A stretch of DNA of 64,000 bases, from assembly GCA_963677925.2 (NCBI GenBank), contig CAXXYH010000004.1:448001-512000 (forward strand). The letters are read 5' to 3'. This document shows positions 39,693-49,476 of this stretch, piece by piece (positions within the stretch are counted from its first letter, which is position 1; every line of letters starts with the position of its first letter). The position numbers were made by a program, and so were the translations under genes. The notes under the pieces are model-generated. The model worked only from the letters and a program-made list of their open reading frames with translations, was not told where the DNA came from and searched no databases. Source of the DNA: Spirochaetia bacterium (GTDB taxonomy: Bacteria; Spirochaetota; Spirochaetia; UBA9216).

Positions 39693-40925
39693 ATGATGAT
39701 AAATCGAGATGCTGGTGATAAATTTAAAGGTCTAACACTTCAAAAAGTACGAGCTGTGTATTCTGTTCTAAAAGCCCTTAACACATCTCAGAAAAAAGTC
39801 GACCTGATTTATTTTGCGATTGAAGCAGATGACGACATACAAATTGTAGAAAGTACAGAAGGAAAACTCAATCTAACCTTTGAGCAAAACAAAGATCTCC
39901 AGAGTAAAGGTGTGCTTACAATAAACAGTACTGATGTATATAAGAGCCTTATCAACTTTATTGACATTTGGATTCGACAGCGTGAAAGTGACTCGATAAA
40001 ATTCGTTTTTTATACAACATGTAATATTGGAAAAGAACAAACTTCCAAAGTCATTACTGAGTTAGAACTATCACTACCCGAAGAACCGGTTATCAATATA
40101 ATAAAGAGCTCAGAAATCGATGACGGGTTTCTTGAAGACTTTTTTGTTCCATATATGAGTGAGGTTTATCGTAAAGCATACGAATCACATGACAAGTCAT
40201 ATATAGGAATTATTTCCGAATGGGATTTGGAAAAGTGGAAATCTTTTTTGAATCGAATTGAATGGGTGTTTCTTGGCCGTTCTGTTGATAAAATTGATGA
40301 AGAAATTATCTCTGAGATAACAAAGTGTGATTTCTATAATGTATCCTTGGTAGGAAAAGAAAAAGCTATTAGTGCTCGTATAGAGCAGGAACTGGAACGA
40401 CGTATGGCAAATGATGACTATGTTTCACGATTCTTGCATTTATCGGATATTAAGCTAATCTTCAAAGAAGCAGAATCAGATGACATTGATTTTGATGATA
40501 TTACTGGCGAAATCTTAGACCAGATAGATGTTACGGATACAAGAGATGTTCAGCAAAAAATCAATTCGGTTTGCCCCTCTGCAAGTGGTAGAGTTCTTAA
40601 CCATTATAAAATATTAGCCAGTGAAGCTTTACTCGTAGAACGATCTCAGAAATTTCCACACCCTTTTAAAAGTCAAAAGTACCAGATTTATACTGCTGTA
40701 CAGGATTACATCATTCGTAATTCAGAGGATTTACTGGAATTGAATGAGAAAGCTCTTATAGGTGTTCTTGATTCTATGTGTGACTTGGCCATCCAGAGGG
40801 TTAAGGTTGATAAGGCAGACTTCCGGTATCCAGTAAATGATGATCAATCAATAAGAAATATGGTCTTTGGGCTTTTAGACCAATGTTACATAGCATTTGA
40901 TGGGGAGGTTAGTATTGAATCCTAA
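39693..40925 (+). CDS. lmuA: Lamassu LmuA-type effector: Cap4/DUF4297-like PD-(D/E)xK endonuclease plus ABC-3C C-terminal domain
   Basis: RDAGDKFKGLTLQK..AIEADDDI..FEQNK nuclease pattern; first gene of a three-gene overlapping operon. Confidence 0.75.
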   Translation: MMINRDAGDKFKGLTLQKVRAVYSVLKALNTSQKKVDLIYFAIEADDDIQIVESTEGKLNLTFEQNKDLQSKGVLTINSTDVYKSLINFIDIWIRQRESDSIKFVFYTTCNIGKEQTSKVITELELSLPEEPVINIIKSSEIDDGFLEDFFVPYMSEVYRKAYESHDKSYIGIISEWDLEKWKSFLNRIEWVFLGRSVDKIDEEIISEITKCDFYNVSLVGKEKAISARIEQELERRMANDDYVSRFLHLSDIKLIFKEAESDDIDFDDITGEILDQIDVTDTRDVQQKINSVCPSASGRVLNHYKILASEALLVERSQKFPHPFKSQKYQIYTAVQDYIIRNSEDLLELNEKALIGVLDSMCDLAIQRVKVDKADFRYPVNDDQSIRNMVFGLLDQCYIAFDGEVSIES

Positions 40926-41430
40926 AAAGCGAATGATGTTCATTGCATCTGAGGATTACTATTTTATCACTTATTCAATTCTACTAATTCTCAAGCATCT
41001 TGATTGTTATACTGAAGAGAAAGCCTTGGCTGATAAGCAAAAATTAAATATGCTCTCAGAATTAGTATCAGACAGAAAATTACTAATCATTCTTGAGCGA
41101 TCTAAAAACCTACAAATTATTATTTCTCGGCCGGATATTAATTACCTTGAAGGTGCGTATGATGTAGTCCAAACGAGGACCGCATTGATAAATAGAGTTC
41201 TTTTTATATTAAATCATCATGACTATATAAGGTTTGGAGAAAAACAGAACGTTTATTTGAATGTAGAAAAAATTGACCATTCGTTCTTTGATGATGACGT
41301 TTTCCAGGATGAAATTGAGAATATAAGGAGAATAAAAAAGCTTTTTTCGCGTGTTAGAACAATGAGGTATGAGAGCCTTAAAGAAAGCGTGTTCTTAAGT
41401 AATGGAGTATTAGCATGGCCGGCCTTATAA
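40915..41430 (+). CDS. lmuC: Lamassu LmuC / ABC-3C middle component
   Basis: Small helical protein overlapping both neighbours; TTG 40915 after GGAGG. Confidence 0.65.
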   Translation: MNPKKRMMFIASEDYYFITYSILLILKHLDCYTEEKALADKQKLNMLSELVSDRKLLIILERSKNLQIIISRPDINYLEGAYDVVQTRTALINRVLFILNHHDYIRFGEKQNVYLNVEKIDHSFFDDDVFQDEIENIRRIKKLFSRVRTMRYESLKESVFLSNGVLAWPAL

Positions 41431-43340
41431 TAAAGAACGTTATCTATGAAGGTGAAAATTATCGGTTTAAATCACCTGATTTGACAACAGGATTAAATAT
41501 AATCGAAGGTCCTAATGGAACTGGAAAAACCACATTTATTCAGCTTATCTACTTTGCATTGGGTGGGAAAGTAAAACGATTTGATGATAATAATGAGGAT
41601 TTTCATAAAGAGATTATAGAGGACAAGAATAATCGAGTCAAACTTATCATTGATATAGATTTAACTGAATACACATTGATTCGAGACTTTAGTAAGAATG
41701 AAGTCATGGTTGTTTATAGTGATGGAGAAATAGAAGTATTTCCAATTACACGAAGGCAAAACAGAATCTTTTCAGATTGGTTATTGGATAAGCTAAATAT
41801 TAAAAATTTCGAACTTTACCAGGGTAGTTATCATGGAGTTATCAACATTACAGATTTGATGAGATTGGTGTACTATGACCAGACGTCTAAGACTGATAAC
41901 ATTTATAAAGATATTGATAATGATAGTTTTGTGACTAACTCTACTGAATTTAGAAAAGCAATATTTGAAATTTTAATTGGGGGTAATTATCAAGAATATT
42001 ACTCTTTATATTCAAAATTCAAGAAACTTGAAAAGAACCTTTCAGAAGAACGTGTTGCATTAAAACAATATAAGAATTTCTTAAGTGAAGTAAGTGAAGG
42101 TCGTGAACAGAAGAACTCCACAGCGCTTAAGAAAGAGATAGATGAACTTAATAAACAGAAAGAGAAATTATTAATACACCGTGAAAGGATTTCCTCAGAA
42201 AATGTATCAAAACAAGATGCTCAAGAACAATATGATGAACTTAAAACTGAACTTTCAACTTTGCGTATAGAGATTGATAATAATTATGAAGAAATGATTT
42301 CACTCAGTAATAAGAAAAAAACATTTTTAGAAGCTATAGGTGAATTTGAGCAAGAAATTAAAAAGATAAAGAAAATAATCCACACGAATGAAACGATTGG
42401 TCTATTTGAACCTGATATATGTCCAATATGTTTACGAGAAGTATCAAGGGATGCTGATCACTGTATATGTGGAAAAGAAATTAAAGAAGATGAGTATGAA
42501 AGATTTTTCTATGATACAAGAGAGTATAAAGAATTACTAAAAGAAAAGAAGCGCAACATTCTTACCCTTCACGAAAGTATTGATATTATCAATCAGGATT
42601 TAACAAGATATAAAACTCATTATGATGCTTTATTAGAAACAGAAAACAACCTGAAAGGGGATTTGAAATCCTTTGTAGATAAGATTAGAAATACAGATAT
42701 TGTTAATGAAATCAGTAAGATTGATTCCAATGTATTTGTAATTAATTCTCAAGTCTCAAATCTAACTAACTATTATAAGTTTGAACAAAAAAGACAGAAG
42801 AAAGAAAAAGATGTTGATAGTGCTCAAAAAAAGTATGACAAGGTTAAACGTAGTTTAGATAAAGCCCTAATTGAAGCACAGGAAGATTTGGAGTTGAAGG
42901 TACAAGAATTCAATAAGATTTATGAGGATTTGATGGTTGCAAATGTTGATTTATGTCGAACTGTCCGATTAAGCACCAGCTATCAACCAATTATTAATAA
43001 TGGCGAAGCTATGCCCGCAAGTATCAATGTTCATAAGAGGTTTTTGTTTTTTTCAACTTTGCTGTCTTTATCATTAAATCATGATATACCCTTTCCTCGG
43101 ATTTTATTAATAGATACACCACAAAATCTTGGTATTGATCCCGAGCACCTTAATGAGCTTATTACGTCACTCTATACGATCCTCACTACAGGTAAGAAAA
43201 CAGGTCAGGTGATTATGACGACAGGCCGAGGGCGATATCCTGACAGCTTAAGTGAACTTAGTCTGTTAAAGTTGAGTGAAGAAAATCGTTTATTAAAAAG
43301 TTCCGAACCAGTAGAACCCGACGAAAAAAATGGAGATTAA
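41415..43340 (+). CDS. lmuB: Lamassu LmuB SMC/Rad50-like ABC ATPase
   Basis: Walker A GPNGTGKTT, Q-loop YYDQ, long coiled coils with central CPIC..CIC zinc hook, Walker B LLIDTP. Confidence 0.82.
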   Translation: MAGLIIKNVIYEGENYRFKSPDLTTGLNIIEGPNGTGKTTFIQLIYFALGGKVKRFDDNNEDFHKEIIEDKNNRVKLIIDIDLTEYTLIRDFSKNEVMVVYSDGEIEVFPITRRQNRIFSDWLLDKLNIKNFELYQGSYHGVINITDLMRLVYYDQTSKTDNIYKDIDNDSFVTNSTEFRKAIFEILIGGNYQEYYSLYSKFKKLEKNLSEERVALKQYKNFLSEVSEGREQKNSTALKKEIDELNKQKEKLLIHRERISSENVSKQDAQEQYDELKTELSTLRIEIDNNYEEMISLSNKKKTFLEAIGEFEQEIKKIKKIIHTNETIGLFEPDICPICLREVSRDADHCICGKEIKEDEYERFFYDTREYKELLKEKKRNILTLHESIDIINQDLTRYKTHYDALLETENNLKGDLKSFVDKIRNTDIVNEISKIDSNVFVINSQVSNLTNYYKFEQKRQKKEKDVDSAQKKYDKVKRSLDKALIEAQEDLELKVQEFNKIYEDLMVANVDLCRTVRLSTSYQPIINNGEAMPASINVHKRFLFFSTLLSLSLNHDIPFPRILLIDTPQNLGIDPEHLNELITSLYTILTTGKKTGQVIMTTGRGRYPDSLSELSLLKLSEENRLLKSSEPVEPDEKNGD

Positions 43341-43640
43341 TTTTCACATTCATAAAAATAACTAAATCTGCTAAGTCGACAAACAGTTCTAACGGAAGAC
43401 TGTAGACTGATATTGGAACAGGATGGCAATCAATATATGTATAACATAATTGATATTATGCTATATGAAAGCTTAGGTTTTATGTCGTACATATAGATAC
43501 TTTTTTCTAATCAAAATACAGAAAAATTTTGTCATTTGAGTTCATAGAGAAAAAACTACACAACAAGGAAGGGCTACCAAATTTAATTGTAGAAATATTT
43601 CTCAATTCAATTTCAAAGACATAGAGTGTAGTTATACAAA

Positions 43641-44138
43641 TTATTTAATATTGACTTTATATTTTTTTGTATCACTATCAAGTAATAAAAATTGTTCTTC
43701 GATATTGTCTTCTATTAGCTTTATACCATTTGAAATTTCATTGATGCTAATTGGAAAGATGAATTCAAACTGGTTGTCCTTCAGCATGTACTGTTGTTTG
43801 CCATTGGTGGAGATAGTTCCCAGATATGAAAAACGGGAAGTATCGTAGATTGTGACTGCCTGCTGTGGTACGAGTTCTTTGGTTTCTGCTGGTTGTAAAT
43901 TGACTACCTTATAAAACATCTTCTCCAAATAACTTGTAGAGATCTCTTTTTTTGGGGATATCTCTGTTGTTTTGGGTTCAATTTTGGAAGATATTAATTG
44001 AGAGGTAGTGACATTTTCAGTTTTTGTTGAATTGATAAATACCTCTGATGGAAAGATAAACAGAAATACAAGATATACAGCCGCCAACACAATCGCAGCA
44101 ATTAGGATTGTTTTTATTATAATTGTAAACCTTTTCAT
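43641..44138 (-). CDS. Single-TM T2SS-associated protein (GspC/PilP-like position)
   Basis: N-terminal TM, linker, beta-rich C-terminus FSYLGTI..YMLKD; last gene of the gsp operon. Confidence 0.5.
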   Translation of the reverse strand: MKRFTIIIKTILIAAIVLAAVYLVFLFIFPSEVFINSTKTENVTTSQLISSKIEPKTTEISPKKEISTSYLEKMFYKVVNLQPAETKELVPQQAVTIYDTSRFSYLGTISTNGKQQYMLKDNQFEFIFPISINEISNGIKLIEDNIEEQFLLLDSDTKKYKVNIK

Positions 44139-45220
44139 TCAAGTTCCTCTTCATAACGGATATTGCTGATTATCTGTATGATTCTTTGGCCCGAATTGCT
44201 TTCAGAACTGCTGCCCCCTGGGCGGTATGAAAGCTTTATGTCGGGAATTTCTGCGATGATGATTTCGTGCCTCTGATTATTAGTTCTTATTGTTATCTTC
44301 CAGAACCAGGTTTTTGTTCCAAGATAATCGAAGATGATATGGGGTTCATCCTTAACTGAAAAAATGGATTCAAGCTCACTTGTGTCCATTTCGCTTCCGG
44401 TTCTTCGCTGGATAATCGTGTTATAGGTCCTGTCAGGATAGGGCAGGGGATTATCCCCGAAATCATAGGATAGTATTTCTTTAAGAAGTTCCTCCGGGAT
44501 GAAATGGATGTTCATGACAGATCCCGCACAAATGAATGGATATAGTTTCCTTGTCGATGTCCCGAGTATGCTTTCAATCTCGTTGTTCGGGATGACGGTA
44601 TCGTTAATCCTTGCCGTTTGTATTTTCCGTCTGAAGGATTCGGCTTCGAAGTCCCTGCCGGTTCTTGCCTCAAAAAGCCCGGTAAGCGCAAGCTCGTCTG
44701 CAATGTTGATGTTCATGTAGCTGTGGATTGTGATGAAGTCTTCAAGCCCTTTGTCGGAGAAGTATTCCTCCGACAGTATTTGCGGATTTGATATCAGACC
44801 GAGATCATGTCGTAACTGTTCAATCTCAGCCATCGTATGGCTGTCTTTAAAGATAAGTTTACCGATGCCGGTTTCATCCGTAAGCTCATCACGAAAGAAG
44901 TTTGGATTGAACCTGCTTGAAATATCGTTAAGCTCAATTGAAAGCTCTTCTGTAATTAGTGAGCCGACGGTTTCCCATACCGGATCTGTTGGTGAATCGG
45001 ACCCGGGGGTATCATCGTAAAGAAGGCTTTCAATAATATCTTCAGTGATGTCCCGGATGAGCTTCTCCGTTTCGGTATCGGGAAGCCGGGTGACACTCCT
45101 TTTCGAGGATGCAATGAGGTATGACAGTCCGATAAAAAGGATTGAAAGAAAGATTATCAGCATGAACGCGTATGGGGTGGCAAAGCCTTCCCGGAATGAA
45201 TCAGCAGGCCTTCTATTCAT
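44135..45220 (-). CDS. gspK: T2SS minor pseudopilin GspK-like
   Basis: G|FATPYAFMLII prepilin-like start, DISSRFNPN, MNINIA. Confidence 0.75.
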   Translation of the reverse strand: MNRRPADSFREGFATPYAFMLIIFLSILFIGLSYLIASSKRSVTRLPDTETEKLIRDITEDIIESLLYDDTPGSDSPTDPVWETVGSLITEELSIELNDISSRFNPNFFRDELTDETGIGKLIFKDSHTMAEIEQLRHDLGLISNPQILSEEYFSDKGLEDFITIHSYMNINIADELALTGLFEARTGRDFEAESFRRKIQTARINDTVIPNNEIESILGTSTRKLYPFICAGSVMNIHFIPEELLKEILSYDFGDNPLPYPDRTYNTIIQRRTGSEMDTSELESIFSVKDEPHIIFDYLGTKTWFWKITIRTNNQRHEIIIAEIPDIKLSYRPGGSSSESNSGQRIIQIISNIRYEEELE

Positions 45221-45728
45221 TATCATCCCCGTACCGAAGGGAATGGCTTCCAAAAAGAAGCTTGTACTCGTATGCATTACCGTGGGCATCAAAGAAGACG
45301 ATATTTATCCCAGCAGTTATTTCATCGACCATGACCGGTTCAAACTGTCCGTTTTTCAGGTTTTTATAAACGATCTGCAGCTCATCATTTCTTTCAACGG
45401 ATAATCCATCTTCACCGAATGAAAGCCTTAGAAACGAATCCCTGTTACCGTTTAGATAAGGGAGTTCAAGCAGTTTATTACTGCTGCCTGATTCAGGGTA
45501 CTCTTCCCAGAAGGGGATCTGAATCTCATTGAATGAGTCTTTTAAAAGCATGCCCGCCTGCATGGATTCGCGCAGGAAGATCTGCTTCTCTCTGACAGCA
45601 TTGAAACTTGAAAAAAGCTTCTGGCCGCCTATGAACAGCAGGAGCGAACCAAGCGATAGAATAAACACTGCAATAACGGTTTCTGTAAGGGTAAAGCCTT
45701 CTTCAAGCCGGGAGTACTTATTCATCAT
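45213..45728 (-). CDS. Minor pseudopilin (GspJ-like)
   Basis: EEG|FTLTETVIAV class III signal. Confidence 0.75.
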   Translation of the reverse strand: MMNKYSRLEEGFTLTETVIAVFILSLGSLLLFIGGQKLFSSFNAVREKQIFLRESMQAGMLLKDSFNEIQIPFWEEYPESGSSNKLLELPYLNGNRDSFLRLSFGEDGLSVERNDELQIVYKNLKNGQFEPVMVDEITAGINIVFFDAHGNAYEYKLLFGSHSLRYGDDNE

Positions 45729-45936
45729 AGTAAATAAACTTCTCCGTATCGATGAGTTCATTGTTTGCCGCAAGGTACTCAAGGTATGCCGCTTCCTGCC
45801 TGACTGATAAGCGGATTATCGATGAATACAGACCCGCGAACGAGATGATGAAGGCCGAAATTATTAAAACGGCGATGAGGGAATCAAGCAGGATGTAGCC
45901 ATGTGTAAGGCTATTGTGAAGGTTCTTTTTCTTCAA
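45718..45936 (-). CDS. Very short minor pseudopilin (GspI-like)
   Basis: KKKN..HG|YILLDSLIAVLII class III-like signal; TTG start inferred. Confidence 0.6.
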   Translation of the reverse strand: MKKKNLHNSLTHGYILLDSLIAVLIISAFIISFAGLYSSIIRLSVRQEAAYLEYLAANNELIDTEKFIYYDE

Positions 45937-46480
45937 TTTTCTGTTCCAGTTTCGTAATGGCATCGATCGAATATCCAGATTTTCTCAAAACTGCAATATA
46001 TTCCTTGCTTTCGGAATATCTGCCCTCATAGTAGCTGCACACAGCAGCCAGGTAGTATAGCACTGGATCATCTTCATCTATCTTGAAAGCCCTGGAAAGC
46101 AGCTTCTCAGCTTTTTCATAATCACGTTTTTTGATATTTGATTCAATCTCATTCCTGAAATAGGCCATCGATGACATCTTAAGGTACAGCACCTGTTTGG
46201 GATCGAAAAAATCAATCTCAGTTTCTATTGTTTCGAAACCCGGCTTTGTGATGCTTATCTGGTATTGCCCCTCTTTCAGCTCCGGGATTATGAACCTCCC
46301 ATCTATGTCAGTTGTGTATTCCTTATCGGAGTCGACCGTCACTGTTGCTCCGGCGATGGGGCTGCTGTAATTGTCGAATATGATTCCGGCAAGATTGGCC
46401 GGGAAGAAGTTTTCCGGTGTTGATGCACAGCCTGAAAAGATTAGCGCCAATACGGAAAAGATAATGTATCTCTTTTTCAT
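45911..46480 (-). CDS. Lipoprotein with carboxypeptidase-regulatory-like domain and TPR (candidate pilotin)
   Basis: LIFSGC lipobox, PIAGATV..TTDIDGRF..ITKPGF, C-terminal TPR. Confidence 0.75.
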   Translation of the reverse strand: MKKRYIIFSVLALIFSGCASTPENFFPANLAGIIFDNYSSPIAGATVTVDSDKEYTTDIDGRFIIPELKEGQYQISITKPGFETIETEIDFFDPKQVLYLKMSSMAYFRNEIESNIKKRDYEKAEKLLSRAFKIDEDDPVLYYLAAVCSYYEGRYSESKEYIAVLRKSGYSIDAITKLEQKIEEKEPSQ

Positions 46481-47007
46481 GGGTTTTCCTTAGTAAAAGA
46501 TTGAACGGTTACAAAATTGATCATCAAAGACAGGTTGTAGATGTTCTTTGCAGAATTATAGCTTAATGAAACTTGGTCGACATCGATCTTCTTTTTATAA
46601 TTGTACAGGAACTGAAGGTATTCGAGGATGGACCTGATTTCGCCATCGGCCGAAATATTGATGCGCTTTGGATCTGATGATTCGTTTGTGCTGTAATTGC
46701 TTACCGTAACTCGCCTGTTCTTTGCAGCATCGATAACAAGATCGCAGAACTCGTAAAACTTGATCTCATCCTCCGAGAAGAGGGAGGATGCAAGCTTATC
46801 ATAGTTCTGCTGAGACTGCTCGTGTTCTTTTGATAGATCTATATACCCGGTTTGTACCGATGCAAGACTGATATTTTCATTGCCGAGCCTTGATAATTTT
46901 TCCTTATTGCTGTTTATGCTGTTAAGGTTCCAGCTGATAAAGAGTATTATGGGAACGAGCAGGGTGAGCATCAGAATCTTCAACATGAGCAGTCTTTGTC
47001 TATCCAT
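46477..47007 (-). CDS. GspM/PilO-like inner membrane platform protein
   Basis: TM, coiled coil, ferredoxin-like C-terminus (ISADG..ILEYLQFL..VDQVSL). Confidence 0.6.
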   Translation of the reverse strand: MDRQRLLMLKILMLTLLVPIILFISWNLNSINSNKEKLSRLGNENISLASVQTGYIDLSKEHEQSQQNYDKLASSLFSEDEIKFYEFCDLVIDAAKNRRVTVSNYSTNESSDPKRINISADGEIRSILEYLQFLYNYKKKIDVDQVSLSYNSAKNIYNLSLMINFVTVQSFTKENP

Positions 47008-47968
47008 TGAACCGCCCCGATAGTGAGAAACGAAACCCCTCATCATCGTCCTGAATCCTCTGAATGCTTACATCGGAGAACATACCGTTTTTCGAAAGGC
47101 TGTCCGAAACATCGATTGGATTTCTGCTGACAGCTTCCATAGAGAAGGATTTGTTCTGTACCGATATCCTTCTAATCTTGATATCGCCCCCGACAATACT
47201 GTACAGCTCTGTTAAAAGTACATACGGACTGTTTATTTCTTCAGACTCAAATGCATCAATGCTGGATGTGATTTTTGAGATCTCTTTTTCAAGCTCGGTG
47301 TTCTGGGCCTGATACTGGACAATGCGGTTTTGCATTGAGATTCGTTTTGAAACCTCCGTATCTAAAAGTGCCGAGTACTTAAAACTGATGCCGCCAGCCA
47401 GCAGAAGCAGGCTTCCGGCAAGAATATAGAACTCAATGAAGCTGAACGCCCTGCTGTTTCTGATTCTTTTAAAACGGTGGAAATCTGTGAACCGGGGAGT
47501 TTTTAAAATCAGACTTTGATCTAATTGCAGCGGGCTGTCCTCGGGCTTATCCAGGAATATCCATCTTGTGTTGATATCCGGAACTGATAATTCGGAAGCC
47601 CTCAGATCGCTCAACTGGGAACGCTGCGGTATTCCATCTTTTATGAAGATCCTCTCGATAAGTTTTCCATGGGAAATACAGAGGCATTCAATTTCATCAA
47701 GTTTTCCCGAAAGCCCCGGAAGTATGAATGCCGGAATCACCGGTTTTCTTTTTCCAAAATCAGCCGAAGCCGCCTTTGTGATAAAAACGATTACAGCGGT
47801 ATTGGTTCCGAATATCCGGTAGATATATTCATATGCACCGTTGTTTCCAGGATATATGGAATGAATCTTTGAGTCTACGTAATCATCAAGAGATTGAGTT
47901 TCCTTGTCTTTGGGTATATCCAGAAAGCGGACATCGTAATGCTCCCTGGATAAGATATAATCAGACAT
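47000..47968 (-). CDS. GspL/PilN-like protein
   Basis: Cytoplasmic N-domain, single TM, coiled coil, PilN-like C-terminus (FSDVSI..FRFSLSG). Confidence 0.6.
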   Translation of the reverse strand: MSDYILSREHYDVRFLDIPKDKETQSLDDYVDSKIHSIYPGNNGAYEYIYRIFGTNTAVIVFITKAASADFGKRKPVIPAFILPGLSGKLDEIECLCISHGKLIERIFIKDGIPQRSQLSDLRASELSVPDINTRWIFLDKPEDSPLQLDQSLILKTPRFTDFHRFKRIRNSRAFSFIEFYILAGSLLLLAGGISFKYSALLDTEVSKRISMQNRIVQYQAQNTELEKEISKITSSIDAFESEEINSPYVLLTELYSIVGGDIKIRRISVQNKSFSMEAVSRNPIDVSDSLSKNGMFSDVSIQRIQDDDEGFRFSLSGRFNG

Positions 47969-48408
47969 CAGTTATCCCAGGAGGTAATATCCTTGTTCAG
48001 ATCTTCCCCGCCTTCAAGCCCGTCGGCTCCAAATGATCTTATCCCGAAGGGCAGTCCATTCGGGCCGGGAACCGTGTACTCAAACTCGTTTCCCCACGGA
48101 TCTGCAGGCACTTCCTTTTCAAGGTAGGGGCCGTTCCAGTCCTCGGGAACCGGTGAGATATTCGTCTTCTTCCACAGGGCATCGAGGCCCTGATCCTGTG
48201 AAGGAAACTGCTTGTTGTCAAAGAAGTAGGAGTTAAGTGCCAGACTCAGGTTTTCGATCTGGGTCCTGGCCGTAACTACCTTTGCCTTGTCTATGTATTT
48301 GAAGGCCATAAATCCTACAGAGCTTGTGAGTATTAAAACGATTGCAATGACAATCAATGTTTCAACGAAAGTCCAGCCTTCTTCAAGTTTCTTCTTTATC
48401 TCTTTCAT
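47968..48408 (-). CDS. gspG: T2SS major pseudopilin
   Basis: G|WTFVETLIV, FPSQDQGLDAL, WNGPYL..VPADPWGN, SFGADG. Confidence 0.93.
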   Translation of the reverse strand: MKEIKKKLEEGWTFVETLIVIAIVLILTSSVGFMAFKYIDKAKVVTARTQIENLSLALNSYFFDNKQFPSQDQGLDALWKKTNISPVPEDWNGPYLEKEVPADPWGNEFEYTVPGPNGLPFGIRSFGADGLEGGEDLNKDITSWDN

Positions 48409-48423
48409 AAAATCTCCAAATTT

Positions 48424-49476
48424 CTATGCTATCGTACCGAAGAGCGAAAACAGCGGCACAATAAAATTGAGGATGAGGTATATAATTATCGCTCCCACAA
48501 GGATGGTGAGCAGAGGTTCGATTACTCCAAGCAGTCTGGTCGTAAGGTTTTCAATCTCGGATTCGTAGTAGATTCTAAGCTGGGCGAATACAAGCTCCGT
48601 CTGTCCCGTATTCTCCCCGATGCCAGTCCACTGTATCATCCGCGAAGGAATTTCCTTATGGACCGAGAATGCCTTGTGAAGGCCTCGGCCAGAAACGAGA
48701 TCTCGGTTTACCGATGTGAATATCTCCTTAAGCCTTGCGTTGCTGCAAACCTCCTTTGCCTCAAGGACAGCGGAGGATAACGGGATGCCGTGCTTTGTGA
48801 GGGTTTCAACCGCAAAGGTAAAATTGAATATGTCTATTGTCTTAACAATATCAGAGACAAAAGGAAGCCTCAGTATCAGTTTATCCGTTGCCGATTTTAC
48901 ACGCTCAGCTCTCCGTCTGATAACCGCGGTTGCTGCAAACAGCAGGATTAGAAGGATCAACCCAAGGCCAGTAAGCTTTAGCCCGGTTATTCTTGCCTGA
49001 AAGGATTCGAGCTGAGAACCATTTCCAGCAATCTCGCTAAACAGCTCCTCTATCTTTGGGATTCCGAAGAGCATCAGAAAGAAGAGCCCTGTAAAAAGCA
49101 TTACAAGCACCATCAACGGATAGATGGAAGCGTTTATGAACTTGTCACGGACCTTTTTATTCCTTTCAAGGTAGGTCTTAAGTGTAGGCAGGATTGTGGA
49201 TAATGAGCCTATCCGATCGCCGATGTTTACAAGCCCGCTGTACAATGGCGGAAGGCTGTAATTGCCCTTTTCGAAGAGGCTTGAAAGTGAGTTTCCCTTC
49301 TTTAGTCCCTGTTGGAGGTACTCAGTCAGTTCCCTAAGCCTCTTCCCTGATGTGAAGCTGTTAATCATCTGAATCGAGTTGTATACCGAAAGCCCCGAGT
49401 TAAGCAGAAGCGAGAGGTTTGAAGTGAAATCAAGCAGCTCGCGTGTTTTAAGGCGTTTTGCTTTATTATTACTCAT
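48424..49476 (-). CDS. gspF: T2SS inner membrane protein F
   Basis: LLNSGL, SIYP, GENTG, IEPLL duplicated T2SSF domains. Confidence 0.9.
   Translation of the reverse strand: MSNNKAKRLKTRELLDFTSNLSLLLNSGLSVYNSIQMINSFTSGKRLRELTEYLQQGLKKGNSLSSLFEKGNYSLPPLYSGLVNIGDRIGSLSTILPTLKTYLERNKKVRDKFINASIYPLMVLVMLFTGLFFLMLFGIPKIEELFSEIAGNGSQLESFQARITGLKLTGLGLILLILLFAATAVIRRRAERVKSATDKLILRLPFVSDIVKTIDIFNFTFAVETLTKHGIPLSSAVLEAKEVCSNARLKEIFTSVNRDLVSGRGLHKAFSVHKEIPSRMIQWTGIGENTGQTELVFAQLRIYYESEIENLTTRLLGVIEPLLTILVGAIIIYLILNFIVPLFSLFGTIA

Noticed and set aside
41415-43340. SbcC/RecN repair ATPase or Wadjet JetC
   Set aside because: There is no SbcD nuclease or JetA/B/D context; size and the effector-small gene-ATPase layout fit Lamassu/ABC-3C.
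43341-43640. Possible attR (tRNA 3'-end duplicate) between Lamassu and the gsp cluster
   Set aside because: No copy of the tRNA-Leu 3' end or the AAAAGTGCCT repeat was found by eye, so the island's right boundary is unresolved.
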